In this document: in pieces, positions 1-9,893 of the stretch
How the letters are laid out: the number at the start of each line of letters is the position of its first letter
Numbering within the stretch: position 1 is the first letter of the stretch
Source: Desulfatiglandales bacterium
Lineage (GTDB): Bacteria; Desulfobacterota; DSM-4660; Desulfatiglandales; Desulfatiglandaceae
Length of the DNA stretch: 64,000 nucleotides
Assembly (NCBI GenBank): GCA_963666345.1
Contig: OY762721.1
Location: 3,712,001 to 3,776,000 of the forward strand
Direction of reading: 5' to 3'
Made by a program: the position numbers and the translations under genes
Notes under the pieces: model-generated
Seen by the model: only the letters and a program-made list of their open reading frames with translations
Database searches by the model: none
Told to the model about the DNA's origin: nothing

Positions 1-5
1 GGACC

Positions 6-1223
6 ATGTTCGCACTTGAGATAATACTGGGAGAATTCGGGCCTGCCATCTTCAGCCCCATAGTCATTTCTTCGGTGACCGCAACCGCCATATCCCGTCA
101 CTATCTGGGCGATTTTCCCGCCTTTTTCGTTCCTACATATAAACTCATAAGTGCCTGGGAGTTTCCCCTCTATTTTTTTCTGGGGCTGTTCTGCGCCTTG
201 GTAGGCGTGCTTTTTGTAAAGGCCCTCTACGCATCCGAGGATTTGTATGAGGAATTTCATTTCCCCAATTATCTGAAGGCCGTGACAGGCGGGCTGCTGA
301 TAGGCTGCATGGCAATAATCTTTCCCCAGGTCCTGGGTGTGGGATATGAGGCCATAGATCAAGCCTTGAACGAGCAGCTGGGCTGGCATATCCTTTTTCT
401 GCTTGTAATAATGAAGATCGCGGCTACTTCCCTGACCATAGGCTCGGGGGGCTCGGGCGGCATATTTGCTCCCTCGCTTTTCATGGGGGCGATGGCCGGA
501 GGGGCCTTCGGCATCCTGGTAAACAGTATCTTCCCGGCTGTAACGGCCCCGGCTGCCGCCTACTGCATAGTGGGAATGGGGGCCGTGGTGAGCGCCACTA
601 CCCATGGCCCGCTGACCGCCATGCTGATGCTCTTTGAGATGACGGGGGACTACAAGATCATCCTCCCCATGATGATTACATGTATCGTCAGTGCCCTTTT
701 TGCCAGGCATCTGCTGCCCGAGTCGATTTATACCCTCAAGCTTATAAGAAGGGGCATAGATATAAAGGGTGGAAAGGAGGTAAACGTCCTCAAATCGATG
801 CGTGTAAGAGATGTCATGAACCCTGATGTGGTGACCCTGTCGGAGGAGATGAGCATGGGTGCCCTGGCGGAGCTGATATCAAAAAGCAAATACAACAGCT
901 TTCCCATGCTGGACAAGGAGGGGTTGCTCACAGGGATCCTCTCCTACAGGGATTATTCGGAGGCCCTGTTCAACGAGGATCTCAAAAACCTTGTGCTGGC
1001 AAAGGATATAGCCACGCGCGACGTGAAGACGGTGACAACGGAAAACAATCTGTATGATGCGATGGAGTTTTTCTCGGCAAGGGATTTTTCCATAATCCCG
1101 GTTGTGGACCCGGAAGAACCAGGGAAACTTCTGGGGGTCCTGACAAGAAGGGATATCATAGGCGCCTACAACAAGGCGGTCATAAAAAAGGATATAATAA
1201 GCAGGAGCGGGAACGCCTCCTAG
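6..1223 (+). CDS. CLC-family chloride channel/H+ antiporter with C-terminal CBS pair (5' part lies before the window)
   Basis: GSGGSGGIFAPSLF and LFEMTGDY CLC motifs; hydrophobic helices then two CBS repeats (MRVRDVMNPDVVTL, LLGVLTRRDII). Confidence 0.9.
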   Translation: MFALEIILGEFGPAIFSPIVISSVTATAISRHYLGDFPAFFVPTYKLISAWEFPLYFFLGLFCALVGVLFVKALYASEDLYEEFHFPNYLKAVTGGLLIGCMAIIFPQVLGVGYEAIDQALNEQLGWHILFLLVIMKIAATSLTIGSGGSGGIFAPSLFMGAMAGGAFGILVNSIFPAVTAPAAAYCIVGMGAVVSATTHGPLTAMLMLFEMTGDYKIILPMMITCIVSALFARHLLPESIYTLKLIRRGIDIKGGKEVNVLKSMRVRDVMNPDVVTLSEEMSMGALAELISKSKYNSFPMLDKEGLLTGILSYRDYSEALFNEDLKNLVLAKDIATRDVKTVTTENNLYDAMEFFSARDFSIIPVVDPEEPGKLLGVLTRRDIIGAYNKAVIKKDIISRSGNAS

Positions 1224-1257
1224 GGATCCGGGGCAAGAAAAAAGAAGGGCTCAACAG

Positions 1258-1791
1258 ATGAGAAAATTTACTGAAGGCCTTCTGGACAATCGCCTTATAC
1301 TGAAAGCACTGAATGTAAAGAGCGGGCAGACGATTCTTGATGCGGGCTGCGGTAACGGTTACATGTCAAGGATCTTTTCAAAGGCGGTCGGCCAGTCCGG
1401 GAAGGTGTACGCGCTTGATCCTGATAAACACTTTATAGAGCTCCTGACGGAGGAGACTCAAGGGACCAATATCGAGGCAATCACAGGAGATATAACAAGG
1501 CCTACCAGGTTTGATGAATCATCATTAGACCTGATTTATATATCGACCGTGCTGCACATCTTTACAAAAAAGCAGATGCAGGGATTCATAAGGGAGACGA
1601 AACGCCTCCTTAAACCGGAGGCCCTCCTGGCCATTGTTGAAATAGAAAAAAAAGAAACCCCGTTCGGACCTTCCATGGAGCTGAGGCGTTCACCTGAGGA
1701 GCTGAAGGAGGCCATTCCTCTTGTGCCCGTAGATACGGTTCAGGTGGGGGATCACTTCTATATGCAGGTCTTCAGAAACAATGAAAAGTAA
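1258..1791 (+). CDS. Class I SAM-dependent methyltransferase
   Basis: ILDAGCGNG motif I, KVYALD, LDLIYISTVLH. Confidence 0.85.
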   Translation: MRKFTEGLLDNRLILKALNVKSGQTILDAGCGNGYMSRIFSKAVGQSGKVYALDPDKHFIELLTEETQGTNIEAITGDITRPTRFDESSLDLIYISTVLHIFTKKQMQGFIRETKRLLKPEALLAIVEIEKKETPFGPSMELRRSPEELKEAIPLVPVDTVQVGDHFYMQVFRNNEK

Positions 1792-2003
1792 GGGAGTCGT
1801 GACCTGCGTTCCTGTCGGAGCCGACTTTGAACGGGGTATGGACATAGAAAAGTTTTCTATCCAAGATATTTATCGAATCCGGGAGTAGAACAATGACGGT
1901 GTGGAATAACAGCAGAATATAAAATCTATTCTAGGATGAAACCTGCGCTGATATCTATGACTTCGAGGTCAGGATAGCCGGAAAAGATGTCTTGTTTCCC
2001 GTT

Positions 2004-2318
2004 TTATCTGTCGGAGCGGAGCAGCTGAGGGGATATCGGCTTAACCTTTTTCCAGTCCTTTGATATATTTTCAACCTGCCATAAATCATAATTTTTCTGT
2101 AAATTCATCCACAAGTCAGGTGTGGTATCCAGGGCCCTTGCCAGACGAAGAGCCATCTCCGGCGTTATTGCCCCCCTTTCATTTATGATTTTAGATGCTG
2201 TTTTTCTTGAAAAACCGAGTGTGGATGCCATTTCCGTAACAGTTATGGACAAAGGCTTCAGGTAATCTTCCTTAATTATTTTACCAGGATGTGTTGGTTT
2301 GCGTCTCATTTTTCTCAT
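2004..2318 (-). CDS. higA: HigA-family addiction module antitoxin (HTH)
   Basis: PTHPGKIIKEDYL...ITPEMALRLARALDTTPDLWMNLQKNYDL signature; downstream of toxin. Confidence 0.92.
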   Translation of the reverse strand: MRKMRRKPTHPGKIIKEDYLKPLSITVTEMASTLGFSRKTASKIINERGAITPEMALRLARALDTTPDLWMNLQKNYDLWQVENISKDWKKVKPISPQLLRSDR

Positions 2319-2330
2319 AGCCTCACCTCG

Positions 2331-2609
2331 CTAATGATAATCATTATAATCGACAACAAAGGCGTCGCCATTGTGAAACTCAAAAAAGACTTTCCAATTG
2401 CCTGAGACCTTAACGGCATGTTGCCCCTTTTTATCTCCGCTCAATTTATGGAGATTTGAACCTGGATAGCTCATATCCTTTACTTCATTTGCCGCATTAA
2501 GCCGATCAAGAATCCTTCTGAGCCTTTCGGCATGTTGAGGCCTTATTCCTTTCTTGTTACCGGTATAGAAAAAATCTTCAATGCCTTTGTGCCTGAATGA
2601 TTTGATCAT
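2331..2609 (-). CDS. higB: HigB/RelE-like toxin (plasmid maintenance system killer family)
   Basis: MIKSFRHKG...LHKLSGD...VSGNWKVFFEF...DYH signature; toxin-first order. Confidence 0.92.
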   Translation of the reverse strand: MIKSFRHKGIEDFFYTGNKKGIRPQHAERLRRILDRLNAANEVKDMSYPGSNLHKLSGDKKGQHAVKVSGNWKVFFEFHNGDAFVVDYNDYH

Positions 2610-2615
2610 GATATT

Positions 2616-2644
2616 AATGTAACCTCTTGGGTTACTCCTGCCAA
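2616..2644 (-). promoter_or_regulatory. Sigma70-like promoter of higBA (TTGGCA-N17-TACATT) with palindromic operator GTAACC-N5-GGTTAC (2619-2635)
   Basis: Read directly on the minus strand; -10 ends 6 nt before the higB ATG; no SD. Confidence 0.65.
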
Positions 2645-2685
2645 TAATCAGGACTCAAATATTTGATAAAAATCAGAAGAAAGGA

Positions 2686-3723
2686 TCAGGCAAACGCATT
2701 GATCAGGTCTTTCAGAAGCGCTGCAGCAGCGCCGGCGGTGGAACTTTTGCCGCCCATGACCGTTATGCGATCCATGCTGTCTGTGAGATAGCTGACCGCC
2801 TTTTCCGAGCCGTTGACAGAGGCAAGGGGGTGGTCCCTTTCAAGCAGTTTAGGGGCGACCCCTATGCGGACGGCGTCGCCTGCTCGCTCTACCGTTCCGA
2901 TCAGTTTGATTATGCGGTTTTTGTCTTCAGCCTTCCGGATGTCCTCCGGCCTGATACGGGTGATCCCCTGAACCTCTATATCGGAGGGACCGAAATCGGT
3001 TTTAAAGAGGCGGTTGGCGATCAGGATGATCTTGTTGGCTGTGTCTTTTCCTTCCACGTCGTAGGTGGGATCGGTTTCGGCAATTCCCATTTCCTGTGCC
3101 TCTTTCAAGGCGCTTTCGTAGTCGCATCCCTGATGCTGCATGCGGGTCAGGATGTAATTGGTGGTGCCGTTGAGAATTCCCTCGGCCGATATAAGGCGGG
3201 TTCCCGCCAGACAGATGCTCCCCACGTCCAGGGTGGGAAGCGCGGCAGCCGTTGCCGCGCTGATATGAAGGGCGCAGCCGTTCGCCTCGGCCAGGTCGTG
3301 CAGTTTTCTGTAATAGAGAACCAGGGGCCCCTTGTTGGCGCTGACAACATCCATTTTTTGTTTAAGCGCGGTGATTATATGGGTGGTCCCGGGCACTCCG
3401 TCGATCAGGTTGGTAGGGGTGGCTTCAACGAGCACATCTGCTTCGATCTCCAAAAGCGTCTGCTCCCCGCTTAAACCGGGTCTTCCGCCATGTGCGAATG
3501 TTTCCACCGGCCGGCCCTCTTTAAGGTGCGTCAACAGCTCACCAGGGTCGATTCCGTTCTCTTTCGGTGCGATGGCCGCGCCTCCTATATCAACCGCCGC
3601 CTTGAGGATAAGCGAGAGGCCGTATTCATCTTCAACAAGGCCTTTTCGATCTTTTAGACTCTCAAGAAAGGCCCTGCCAACTCCACCGAGGCCGCATAGA
3701 ACAATATTTACGTTTTTTTTCAT
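2686..3723 (-). CDS. hom: Homoserine dehydrogenase-like protein (no ACT domain)
   Basis: GLGGVG Rossmann, VVSANKGPL, GILNGTTNYIL, AETDPTYDVEGKDTANK. Confidence 0.85.
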   Translation of the reverse strand: MKKNVNIVLCGLGGVGRAFLESLKDRKGLVEDEYGLSLILKAAVDIGGAAIAPKENGIDPGELLTHLKEGRPVETFAHGGRPGLSGEQTLLEIEADVLVEATPTNLIDGVPGTTHIITALKQKMDVVSANKGPLVLYYRKLHDLAEANGCALHISAATAAALPTLDVGSICLAGTRLISAEGILNGTTNYILTRMQHQGCDYESALKEAQEMGIAETDPTYDVEGKDTANKIILIANRLFKTDFGPSDIEVQGITRIRPEDIRKAEDKNRIIKLIGTVERAGDAVRIGVAPKLLERDHPLASVNGSEKAVSYLTDSMDRITVMGGKSSTAGAAAALLKDLINAFA

Positions 3724-5342
3724 TTGTTCCCTCTCAATACCAGGTCGTCGTAATCGGATGATCGGATAAACGTCTCGATAATGGTGGGGCCGTCGGCCGC
3801 AAATGCCTGTTTGAGTGCGGCCTGATAGGCATTACGGTTGTCCACAGGCACGACCGGAACCCCGAAAAAACCGGCGCTTGATGCGTAGGCTTCACCGTGA
3901 AGAGGCGTTCCGTAGGTTTCATAATCTTTCCTGTTCTGCTTGATACGAATCAGTGACAGGGTCTTGTCGGTAATAAGCACAAATACGATCCTTTTGCCGA
4001 GCCTCTTGGCCGTGGCCATTTCGCCCGCCATCATGAGAAAACCTCCGTCTCCCACCACACAGCATACCTCGCGTTCAGGCATTGCCAGCTTGGCGCCTAT
4101 GGCGGCGGGAATCCCGTATCCCATGGAAGAGCAGCCGTTGGTCATGAGCTGGAGTTCAGGATCAGGCGTCCTCCACTGCTGACCGATCAGGTGCAGATGC
4201 GCACCCACATCGCAGGTCATGATGCCGTCAGGCGGCAGCGCGGTCCTCAGATCTCCCAGGACGGTCCTTGGATCAAAACCTTGAGCAGGTGGCGCCAGTC
4301 GTTCGAACATGGCCTGCCTTCTCTCGGCCAGGGCTGCAAGGTCCCATTTTTTGGGTGGAGTGTCGATACTCAAAAGCCGCTTCAGGGAACTTGAAATATT
4401 GCCGACCACATCGCAGGCCAGTGTGAAGTTTTCCTGATCGATATCGGCAGAGGTGGTGTCTATATGGAGCAGAGGGACGGCTGGCATCCAGTCTTCATAG
4501 TTTATTTCAATCGGGTCGTAGCCGATTCCCACGATCAGATCCGCCTGCTGATGGGTCTTTCCGACCCGGTCGGCAAGGGCATGGGCCAGGACGCCAGCGT
4601 AGGAAGGATGATCTTCTGCGAGCATTCCCTTGGCCATGGGGGTCATCACAACCGGGACATGGTATCTTTCGGTGATCTTTTCTACCAGGCTTTTGACTTT
4701 CGCGCGGACCGCGGAAAGGCCCACTGCCAGCAACGGCCTTTCAGCTCCGGCGAATATGTCAGCCATCTTTTTCAATAGGGCAGGGTCAGGCTCAGGCATG
4801 CCTGGAATTGCTGCTTGAGCCGCCCGTTTTTCCCGGCTCTTGCTGAAAGGCAGTTCCCCTGCAGGAAGACCGATGTGGACCGGGCCGGGCACTTCGGAGC
4901 GGGCGATGGCCGATGCCTTTTGAAGGGTATCTTCGATGCGGTCGCCCGCAAGGCGGGTGGTCCACTTTGTGAGCGGGGCAAAAAGGGCCTGATGGTCGAT
5001 GTTCATCTGGGTCGTCCGGTGAAGCATCTGATCGCTCATTTCATCTGTAAAAACCAGCATTGGAGAGCGGTCGAGCAGGCCACAGCAAACCCCGGTAGAG
5101 AGGTTGCAGGCCCCGGGGCCGAAGGTTCCAAAACATGCGGCCATTTGGCCTGTCAGGCGCCAGCATGCGTCCGCCATGAAACCTCCGCTTGCCTCGTTGC
5201 TTACAAGGACAAACTCGATGCCCTCTGTTTCCCTGATTGCCTCCATGTAATCGACCCAGTTTCCGCTGGAAATCCCGAAGATATATCTGATCCCTGTATC
5301 TTTAAGTGTTTGCGCGAATACCCGGGCATGTTGTTTTGTCAT
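3720..5342 (-). CDS. Thiamine-diphosphate-dependent enzyme (acetolactate synthase large-subunit-like)
   Basis: NEASGGFMAD, TFGPGACN, GDGGFLMM ThDP motif; ATGA overlap with hom. Confidence 0.85.
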   Translation of the reverse strand: MTKQHARVFAQTLKDTGIRYIFGISSGNWVDYMEAIRETEGIEFVLVSNEASGGFMADACWRLTGQMAACFGTFGPGACNLSTGVCCGLLDRSPMLVFTDEMSDQMLHRTTQMNIDHQALFAPLTKWTTRLAGDRIEDTLQKASAIARSEVPGPVHIGLPAGELPFSKSREKRAAQAAIPGMPEPDPALLKKMADIFAGAERPLLAVGLSAVRAKVKSLVEKITERYHVPVVMTPMAKGMLAEDHPSYAGVLAHALADRVGKTHQQADLIVGIGYDPIEINYEDWMPAVPLLHIDTTSADIDQENFTLACDVVGNISSSLKRLLSIDTPPKKWDLAALAERRQAMFERLAPPAQGFDPRTVLGDLRTALPPDGIMTCDVGAHLHLIGQQWRTPDPELQLMTNGCSSMGYGIPAAIGAKLAMPEREVCCVVGDGGFLMMAGEMATAKRLGKRIVFVLITDKTLSLIRIKQNRKDYETYGTPLHGEAYASSAGFFGVPVVPVDNRNAYQAALKQAFAADGPTIIETFIRSSDYDDLVLRGNK

Positions 5343-5539
5343 TTTTCCGGTCCTTTATCCTCTGATGTTACTGCTTTAAATTATCCGGTTTCCAGGTCTG
5401 GATATACAGAAAAATAAGGGTTTATGCAATTTGAATCTGTGTCGGACGCTGGTATCATGAGAAACCCTTCCGGTGGGATAAGGGAAACGGAAACCATCAT
5501 AATAACGATATGATATGCGGGGGTAAAGTTCAAAATATG

Positions 5540-5907
5540 GGATCATCTCCAAAAGAGTTGGTCTAAATGAAGGATTCTTCGCCCTCGCTTAGCTCAGCTC
5601 AGTCCCACTGCTTCGCAGCGGGTTCCCGGTTTCGAGGTCTCAAGGGGCTGCGGTATGGGAGAAAAACGGCTATAGAGTATATGCTTTCTTTATTGCATAT
5701 GGTTCAGCCTGTGAATTGGAAACCCGGGACATGACATCAGCTGACCTGGGTTATTTGAAAGAAGAGCGGCTTCAAAAATTAAGAAGGGAAATAGGGGATG
5801 TCGGGGCAATGTTCAAAGCGATGATCAAATCCCCGGAAAGAAAGCCCTCGAACCTTTGACTCCTTGGGTCCTTGGACCCTCTTCGACAACTAAGTTGGAG
5901 AAGAACC
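5540..5907. mobile_element. Non-autonomous MITE-like element with imperfect terminal inverted repeats and 8-bp target-site duplication
   Basis: Left end GGATCATCTCCAAAAGAGTTGG (5540-5561); right end ACAACTAAGTTGGAGAAGAACC (5886-5907); AAAATATG at 5532-5539 and 5908-5915. Confidence 0.8.
5654..5859 (+). pseudogene. Truncated, frameshifted four-helix-bundle protein (23S rRNA IVS protein/Avd-like superfamily)
   Basis: YGRKTAIEYMLS, then frameshift to IAYGSACELETRDMTSADLGYLKEERLQKLRREIGDVGAMFKAMIKS*; matches the family pattern EGYGR...IAxGSxxELET; no N-terminus. Confidence 0.7.
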
Positions 5908-6094
5908 AAAATATGTAGCTGAAGGGGCCGTAAACTGATATATTGAGGAATCTCCTAATAAGTTACATTGAGTGACTAATTCAGATATAGGATTGGATTA
6001 AAGTATGCGAGTTTAAAGGGGGCTTGAGCTGAAAACGAAAAATTGAACAGCACATCGCCTTTATCTGACAATTTGTTCTAAGGAGTAATAAATC

Positions 6095-6748
6095 ATGTAT
6101 CCTGAAATTATTCAAAACGACGGTTCTTACGCGTTAACCCTGGAGTTCGCGTCAGGCATGGTCAGCCCCTTGATCCTTGACGCGGTAAGGCGCGTTGTTA
6201 AAGATGAAGGGGCCCGAATGCATCTGACCACATCCCAGAAGATCATGATTCTTGACCTTTCAATGGAGTCGGCACAAAGGGCAAGGGAACTGCTGAACAG
6301 GGCGGGGGCGGATTTCAAGTTCCCCAAACAGGTCTATCAGCCGAGGGTCTGTGTGGGGTCAAGATACTGCAAACTGGGACTTGTGGACACCCTTGAGTTC
6401 GGTGAGCGCATATATGAGAGATATTCCGGGCTTGATATACCCTATAAGATAAAAATCGGTGTCAGCGGCTGCCGCGCATCATGCGCGCATTCCACCCTGG
6501 CTGATATCGGTTTCATAGGCAGAAAAAGCGGGTACAGGGTTTATGTAGGAGGCAAATCAGGCATCAACCCGGTAATGGGCCGGGCTCTGCCAGAAACGGT
6601 AGGGGAAGACGAGGCGTTTAAGATCCTGGGTAAGGCGATTAATTTATACTGCGAGCACTCAAATCCCGATAAACAATTCCAGCGGCTGTCGGATACTATC
6701 GAAAAACTCGGGTTTGAAGGATTTAAGTCGTTAGTGACCGGCAACTAA
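6095..6748 (+). CDS. Small nitrite/sulfite reductase-like 4Fe-4S (NIR_SIR domain) protein
   Basis: CVGSRYC and KIGVSGCRASC Cys motifs, DIGFIG, VYVGGKSG. Confidence 0.8.
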   Translation: MYPEIIQNDGSYALTLEFASGMVSPLILDAVRRVVKDEGARMHLTTSQKIMILDLSMESAQRARELLNRAGADFKFPKQVYQPRVCVGSRYCKLGLVDTLEFGERIYERYSGLDIPYKIKIGVSGCRASCAHSTLADIGFIGRKSGYRVYVGGKSGINPVMGRALPETVGEDEAFKILGKAINLYCEHSNPDKQFQRLSDTIEKLGFEGFKSLVTGN

Positions 6749-6790
6749 TTGGTTCTATTTCTGAAATGATAAGTTTTGGCAGATATCTGC

Positions 6791-7099
6791 TCAGATCTTA
6801 TCGAAAAAATGCTGGAGGGTCTGCACAGCCTTGACCCTTGTATCAAGGTCGATTTTTTCATCAAACTGAAATTCCAGGAGAAACAGGGTCTTGTAGTCGA
6901 CTGCGGATGTTTCATAGTGCCTTAGTGCCTTTACGGCAAAATTCCGCAGAAATGAGATGTCGTCACCTAACTCTTCCTGCTTTTTGAGTATGAGGTCGAG
7001 CGCACCCCGTGCGTCTTCCTCGTTTTCCAGAACGATCTGAATATCGTACAGTTTCCGGACCGCCTTGACGATTCTTTCGCTTTCTACCTGTATCTTCAC
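6791..7099 (-). CDS. Hypothetical protein
   Basis: 102-aa ORF with GAGGT SD before GTG and protein-like composition. Confidence 0.6.
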   Translation of the reverse strand: MKIQVESERIVKAVRKLYDIQIVLENEEDARGALDLILKKQEELGDDISFLRNFAVKALRHYETSAVDYKTLFLLEFQFDEKIDLDTRVKAVQTLQHFFDKI

Positions 7100-7381
7100 G
7101 GTGTACCTCGATTGATTGTGCGGATTTGATCTTAAATATAAAAATAGTATAAGCGGGTGGAAAACTCAACCTCAATCTTGTTCTATGCCACGGCAGCAAA
7201 AGGAGAAACTGAATGGCCTTGGTGGGATTTATCGGAGCCGGTAAAATTTCTTTCCGCTTCCCTGAAATGCGGCGCCGGAGCACCTTTCCCCGTAATGACG
7301 GCAATATGAAGCCAGGCCGCCGCTAAAACACCATCGGGAAAACGAACCCCGGCGGCCCGGCCCCAGAAGGGTATTTGATCC

Positions 7382-8404
7382 TTATTTTGTATTTATGATC
7401 GCGTCAAAAAGCTCATCACCCAGCTTTTTACGATATTTGGCCCATATGGGTTGGACCTTGTCCACAAAGGCCTGCCTCTGGCTTACCTTATTCACCTTAA
7501 CTCCAAGTTCGGTCAGCTTGGCCAATCCGTCGACATGCGAAACCTTTGACAGCCAGCGCTGATATTCGCCTGCCTCTTTACCGGCCCTCAGGACCGCGGC
7601 CTGATTTTCTTCGGATAAATCCTGGAATGCTTTTTCATTCATGGCCACATTAGCCAACCCGTAGAAGACATTGATATAGGAATAATATTTCAGAAAATCG
7701 TAAAACTTCATGTCGACCATACCCTGGGGCGGGCCCTCAAGACCATCGGCCAGACCCTGCTGAAGATCACTGTAGCGATCGCCCCAGTCGATCGCCGTAG
7801 CCGTCGCACCAAGGGCATTGTAGGTGTCGACCATAACCCTATTCTTAGGGACTCTGATTTTGATGCCTTTTAAATCAGAAGGTTGATTGATAGGCCGCTT
7901 GTTATTGAAGATGCATCGGTCACCCCATTCAAACCAGCTGACAATACGCATTTTGCTGGCTTTGATAAACTCTTTTTCAAGTTTCTGTCCCACTGGTCCA
8001 AAAAGCACTTTGTTGACGTGCCCCCGATCTCTGAAAATAAACGGCATGATATAGATATCCAAGGGTGGGTACCACATAGAGATGTTGTTGACCGCCTGCA
8101 GGCTTAAATCCAGCGTACCGTTTTGACACATTTTAGCCGTGGTTTGTTCCTTTCCCAATTGGGCGGAAGGAAAAACTTTAACCTCGATTTCCCCCCTGGT
8201 ATACTGATTGACCAATGCGGCAAATCTGCGCGCGCCCTTATCATAGGCCGAGTCCTGAGGCAGTCCGTGCGCAAATCTCAACGTCTGTTTCAGCGGTTTG
8301 ATATAGGCGATACCCACATCCAAGCCTTCACTGAAGGCTATTGAGGGGATGAACATGAACGATACTGCCGCAACCATTAAAAATGCTGTTATTTTTGATT
8401 TCAT
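7382..8404 (-). CDS. dctP: TRAP transporter solute-binding protein (DctP family)
   Basis: Signal peptide, VFPSAQLG, DLKGIKIRVP, LQQGLADGLE. Confidence 0.9.
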   Translation of the reverse strand: MKSKITAFLMVAAVSFMFIPSIAFSEGLDVGIAYIKPLKQTLRFAHGLPQDSAYDKGARRFAALVNQYTRGEIEVKVFPSAQLGKEQTTAKMCQNGTLDLSLQAVNNISMWYPPLDIYIMPFIFRDRGHVNKVLFGPVGQKLEKEFIKASKMRIVSWFEWGDRCIFNNKRPINQPSDLKGIKIRVPKNRVMVDTYNALGATATAIDWGDRYSDLQQGLADGLEGPPQGMVDMKFYDFLKYYSYINVFYGLANVAMNEKAFQDLSEENQAAVLRAGKEAGEYQRWLSKVSHVDGLAKLTELGVKVNKVSQRQAFVDKVQPIWAKYRKKLGDELFDAIINTK

Positions 8405-8704
8405 AATTAGCTCCTGTGACCTTTAATTTGAAATAATGATTAAATAAATGTTCCAATCTTTAGTTACCCTCACATTTTGATGTTTCTGATAAGCGGTGCC
8501 GGCCAAATATTCTGCTTCCGTATAACGGCTTACGGATAAGAGGTGAGCGCTATACACTCGGCCTGATAATTCTTCGATGATCGATTCACGCACGACACCA
8601 TCATATGTAACCATCGAATGTGAAAACTTTTTTTTCTGTTTAACCTCATTTAAATTGGTACCTAACAGGTAAAATATGTCAGGCTCAAAAGCCTGATGCA
8701 TGTT

Positions 8705-9790
8705 TCATTTGTTCCGGGCACTTTGAAAACCCCCTTTAGGCGATCGGGAGGGCTCAGCCGCGGTGGCTTCCCGGGGAGGGGCACAGGAATCGCGAATAAC
8801 CAGATCCGTCTGCAACTTGTACTGGCGGAATTTTCTGTTTGCCCTGTTGGCGTCCATGATAATTTTCATGGCGAGCGTGCCCATTTCATAGGATGGAAGC
8901 CTTACCGTGGTAAGGGCCGGATCGCAGAAAGCGGCAAACTCTATATCATCAAATCCCATGACGGAAACGTCATGCGGCACCTTCAACCCGCAGGTCTTTA
9001 TCTCGGTGATGGCTCCCATGGCCAGGGGGTCACTGGCGCAGAATATGGCGGTGGGAGGCTCATCCAGTGAAAGGAGCCTTGCAGCCCCTTCTTTTCCGTC
9101 AAGCAGGGTGGGTTCCGTTTCTATTACGTACTCCTGCCTATACTTGATGTCCTTTTCCTCGAGAGCCGAAATATAGCCTTCAAAACGCCTTTTTGCCCTC
9201 CTGATTCCGCTGAAAGGTCCTATGATAGTGGCGATTTTCCTGTGACCCAGAGACAGCAGGTATTCCGTTGCCTTGTAAGCTGCCTCGAAGTTGTCCAATC
9301 CCACATAGTTGATCTCGTCGTTTGAAAGGATTTCGTAGGTGACAACCGAGGGTATTCCCATCTTCGGGAACTTGTAGACCAGGTCCCGGTTACTTTCAAA
9401 AAAGCCGGCCAGAATCAGGCCTGAAAGGGGAAGTTTCAGCCATAGTTCAAGCAACTTGCGTTCCTTTTCAGGGGAGTAATGGCTGCTGCCGATCAGGACA
9501 TGATGGTTTCCTGTTTCACCTGTTTTTTCCGCTCCAAGGGCGGTGTTGGAAAAAAGGGAACTTCGCACCGTAGGGATCATAAGGGCGACTATAGGCAGGG
9601 ATTTGGGCAGTAGAGCATTTGTTGAATGTTTGGCTTCATAGCCGAGCCGATCAATTGCTGAAACCACCCGCTTGAGTGTGACCGGCATTACCTGGTGTGG
9701 TGAGTTTATGCAGCGCGATACGGTGGCCTTGGATACCTCGGCTAGGGTCGCGACGTCTTCCATGTTCGGTGTGTTGTTTTTCCGGCTCAT
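8705..9790 (-). CDS. LacI-family transcriptional regulator
   Basis: MEDVATLAEVSKATVSRCIN HTH; VPHDVSVMGFDDI; PALTTVR. Confidence 0.92.
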   Translation of the reverse strand: MSRKNNTPNMEDVATLAEVSKATVSRCINSPHQVMPVTLKRVVSAIDRLGYEAKHSTNALLPKSLPIVALMIPTVRSSLFSNTALGAEKTGETGNHHVLIGSSHYSPEKERKLLELWLKLPLSGLILAGFFESNRDLVYKFPKMGIPSVVTYEILSNDEINYVGLDNFEAAYKATEYLLSLGHRKIATIIGPFSGIRRAKRRFEGYISALEEKDIKYRQEYVIETEPTLLDGKEGAARLLSLDEPPTAIFCASDPLAMGAITEIKTCGLKVPHDVSVMGFDDIEFAAFCDPALTTVRLPSYEMGTLAMKIIMDANRANRKFRQYKLQTDLVIRDSCAPPREATAAEPSRSPKGGFQSARNK

Positions 9791-9879
9791 AAGCTGAATC
9801 CTCAGTGTGAAAGAATTCCCCGATGGGGTTTAATAATTTTTCCTTCGATGAAACAAGGGCCATGAATGATAAAGCCAAA

Positions 9880-9893
9880 TGAAACAGGTTTCT
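9880..9893. promoter_or_regulatory. Candidate LacI-type operator TGAAACAGGTTTCT
   Basis: GAAAC-N2-GTTTC palindrome ~90 bp upstream of the lacI-family start. Confidence 0.4.

Noticed and set aside
5654..5859. Diversity-generating retroelement suggested by the Avd-like fold
   Set aside because: No reverse transcriptase and no TR/VR pair with adenine-specific mismatches in the window
8423..8701. 92-aa ORF between lacI-family gene and dctP
   Set aside because: No motif or SD; not hydrophobic enough for DctQ; probably the dctP promoter region
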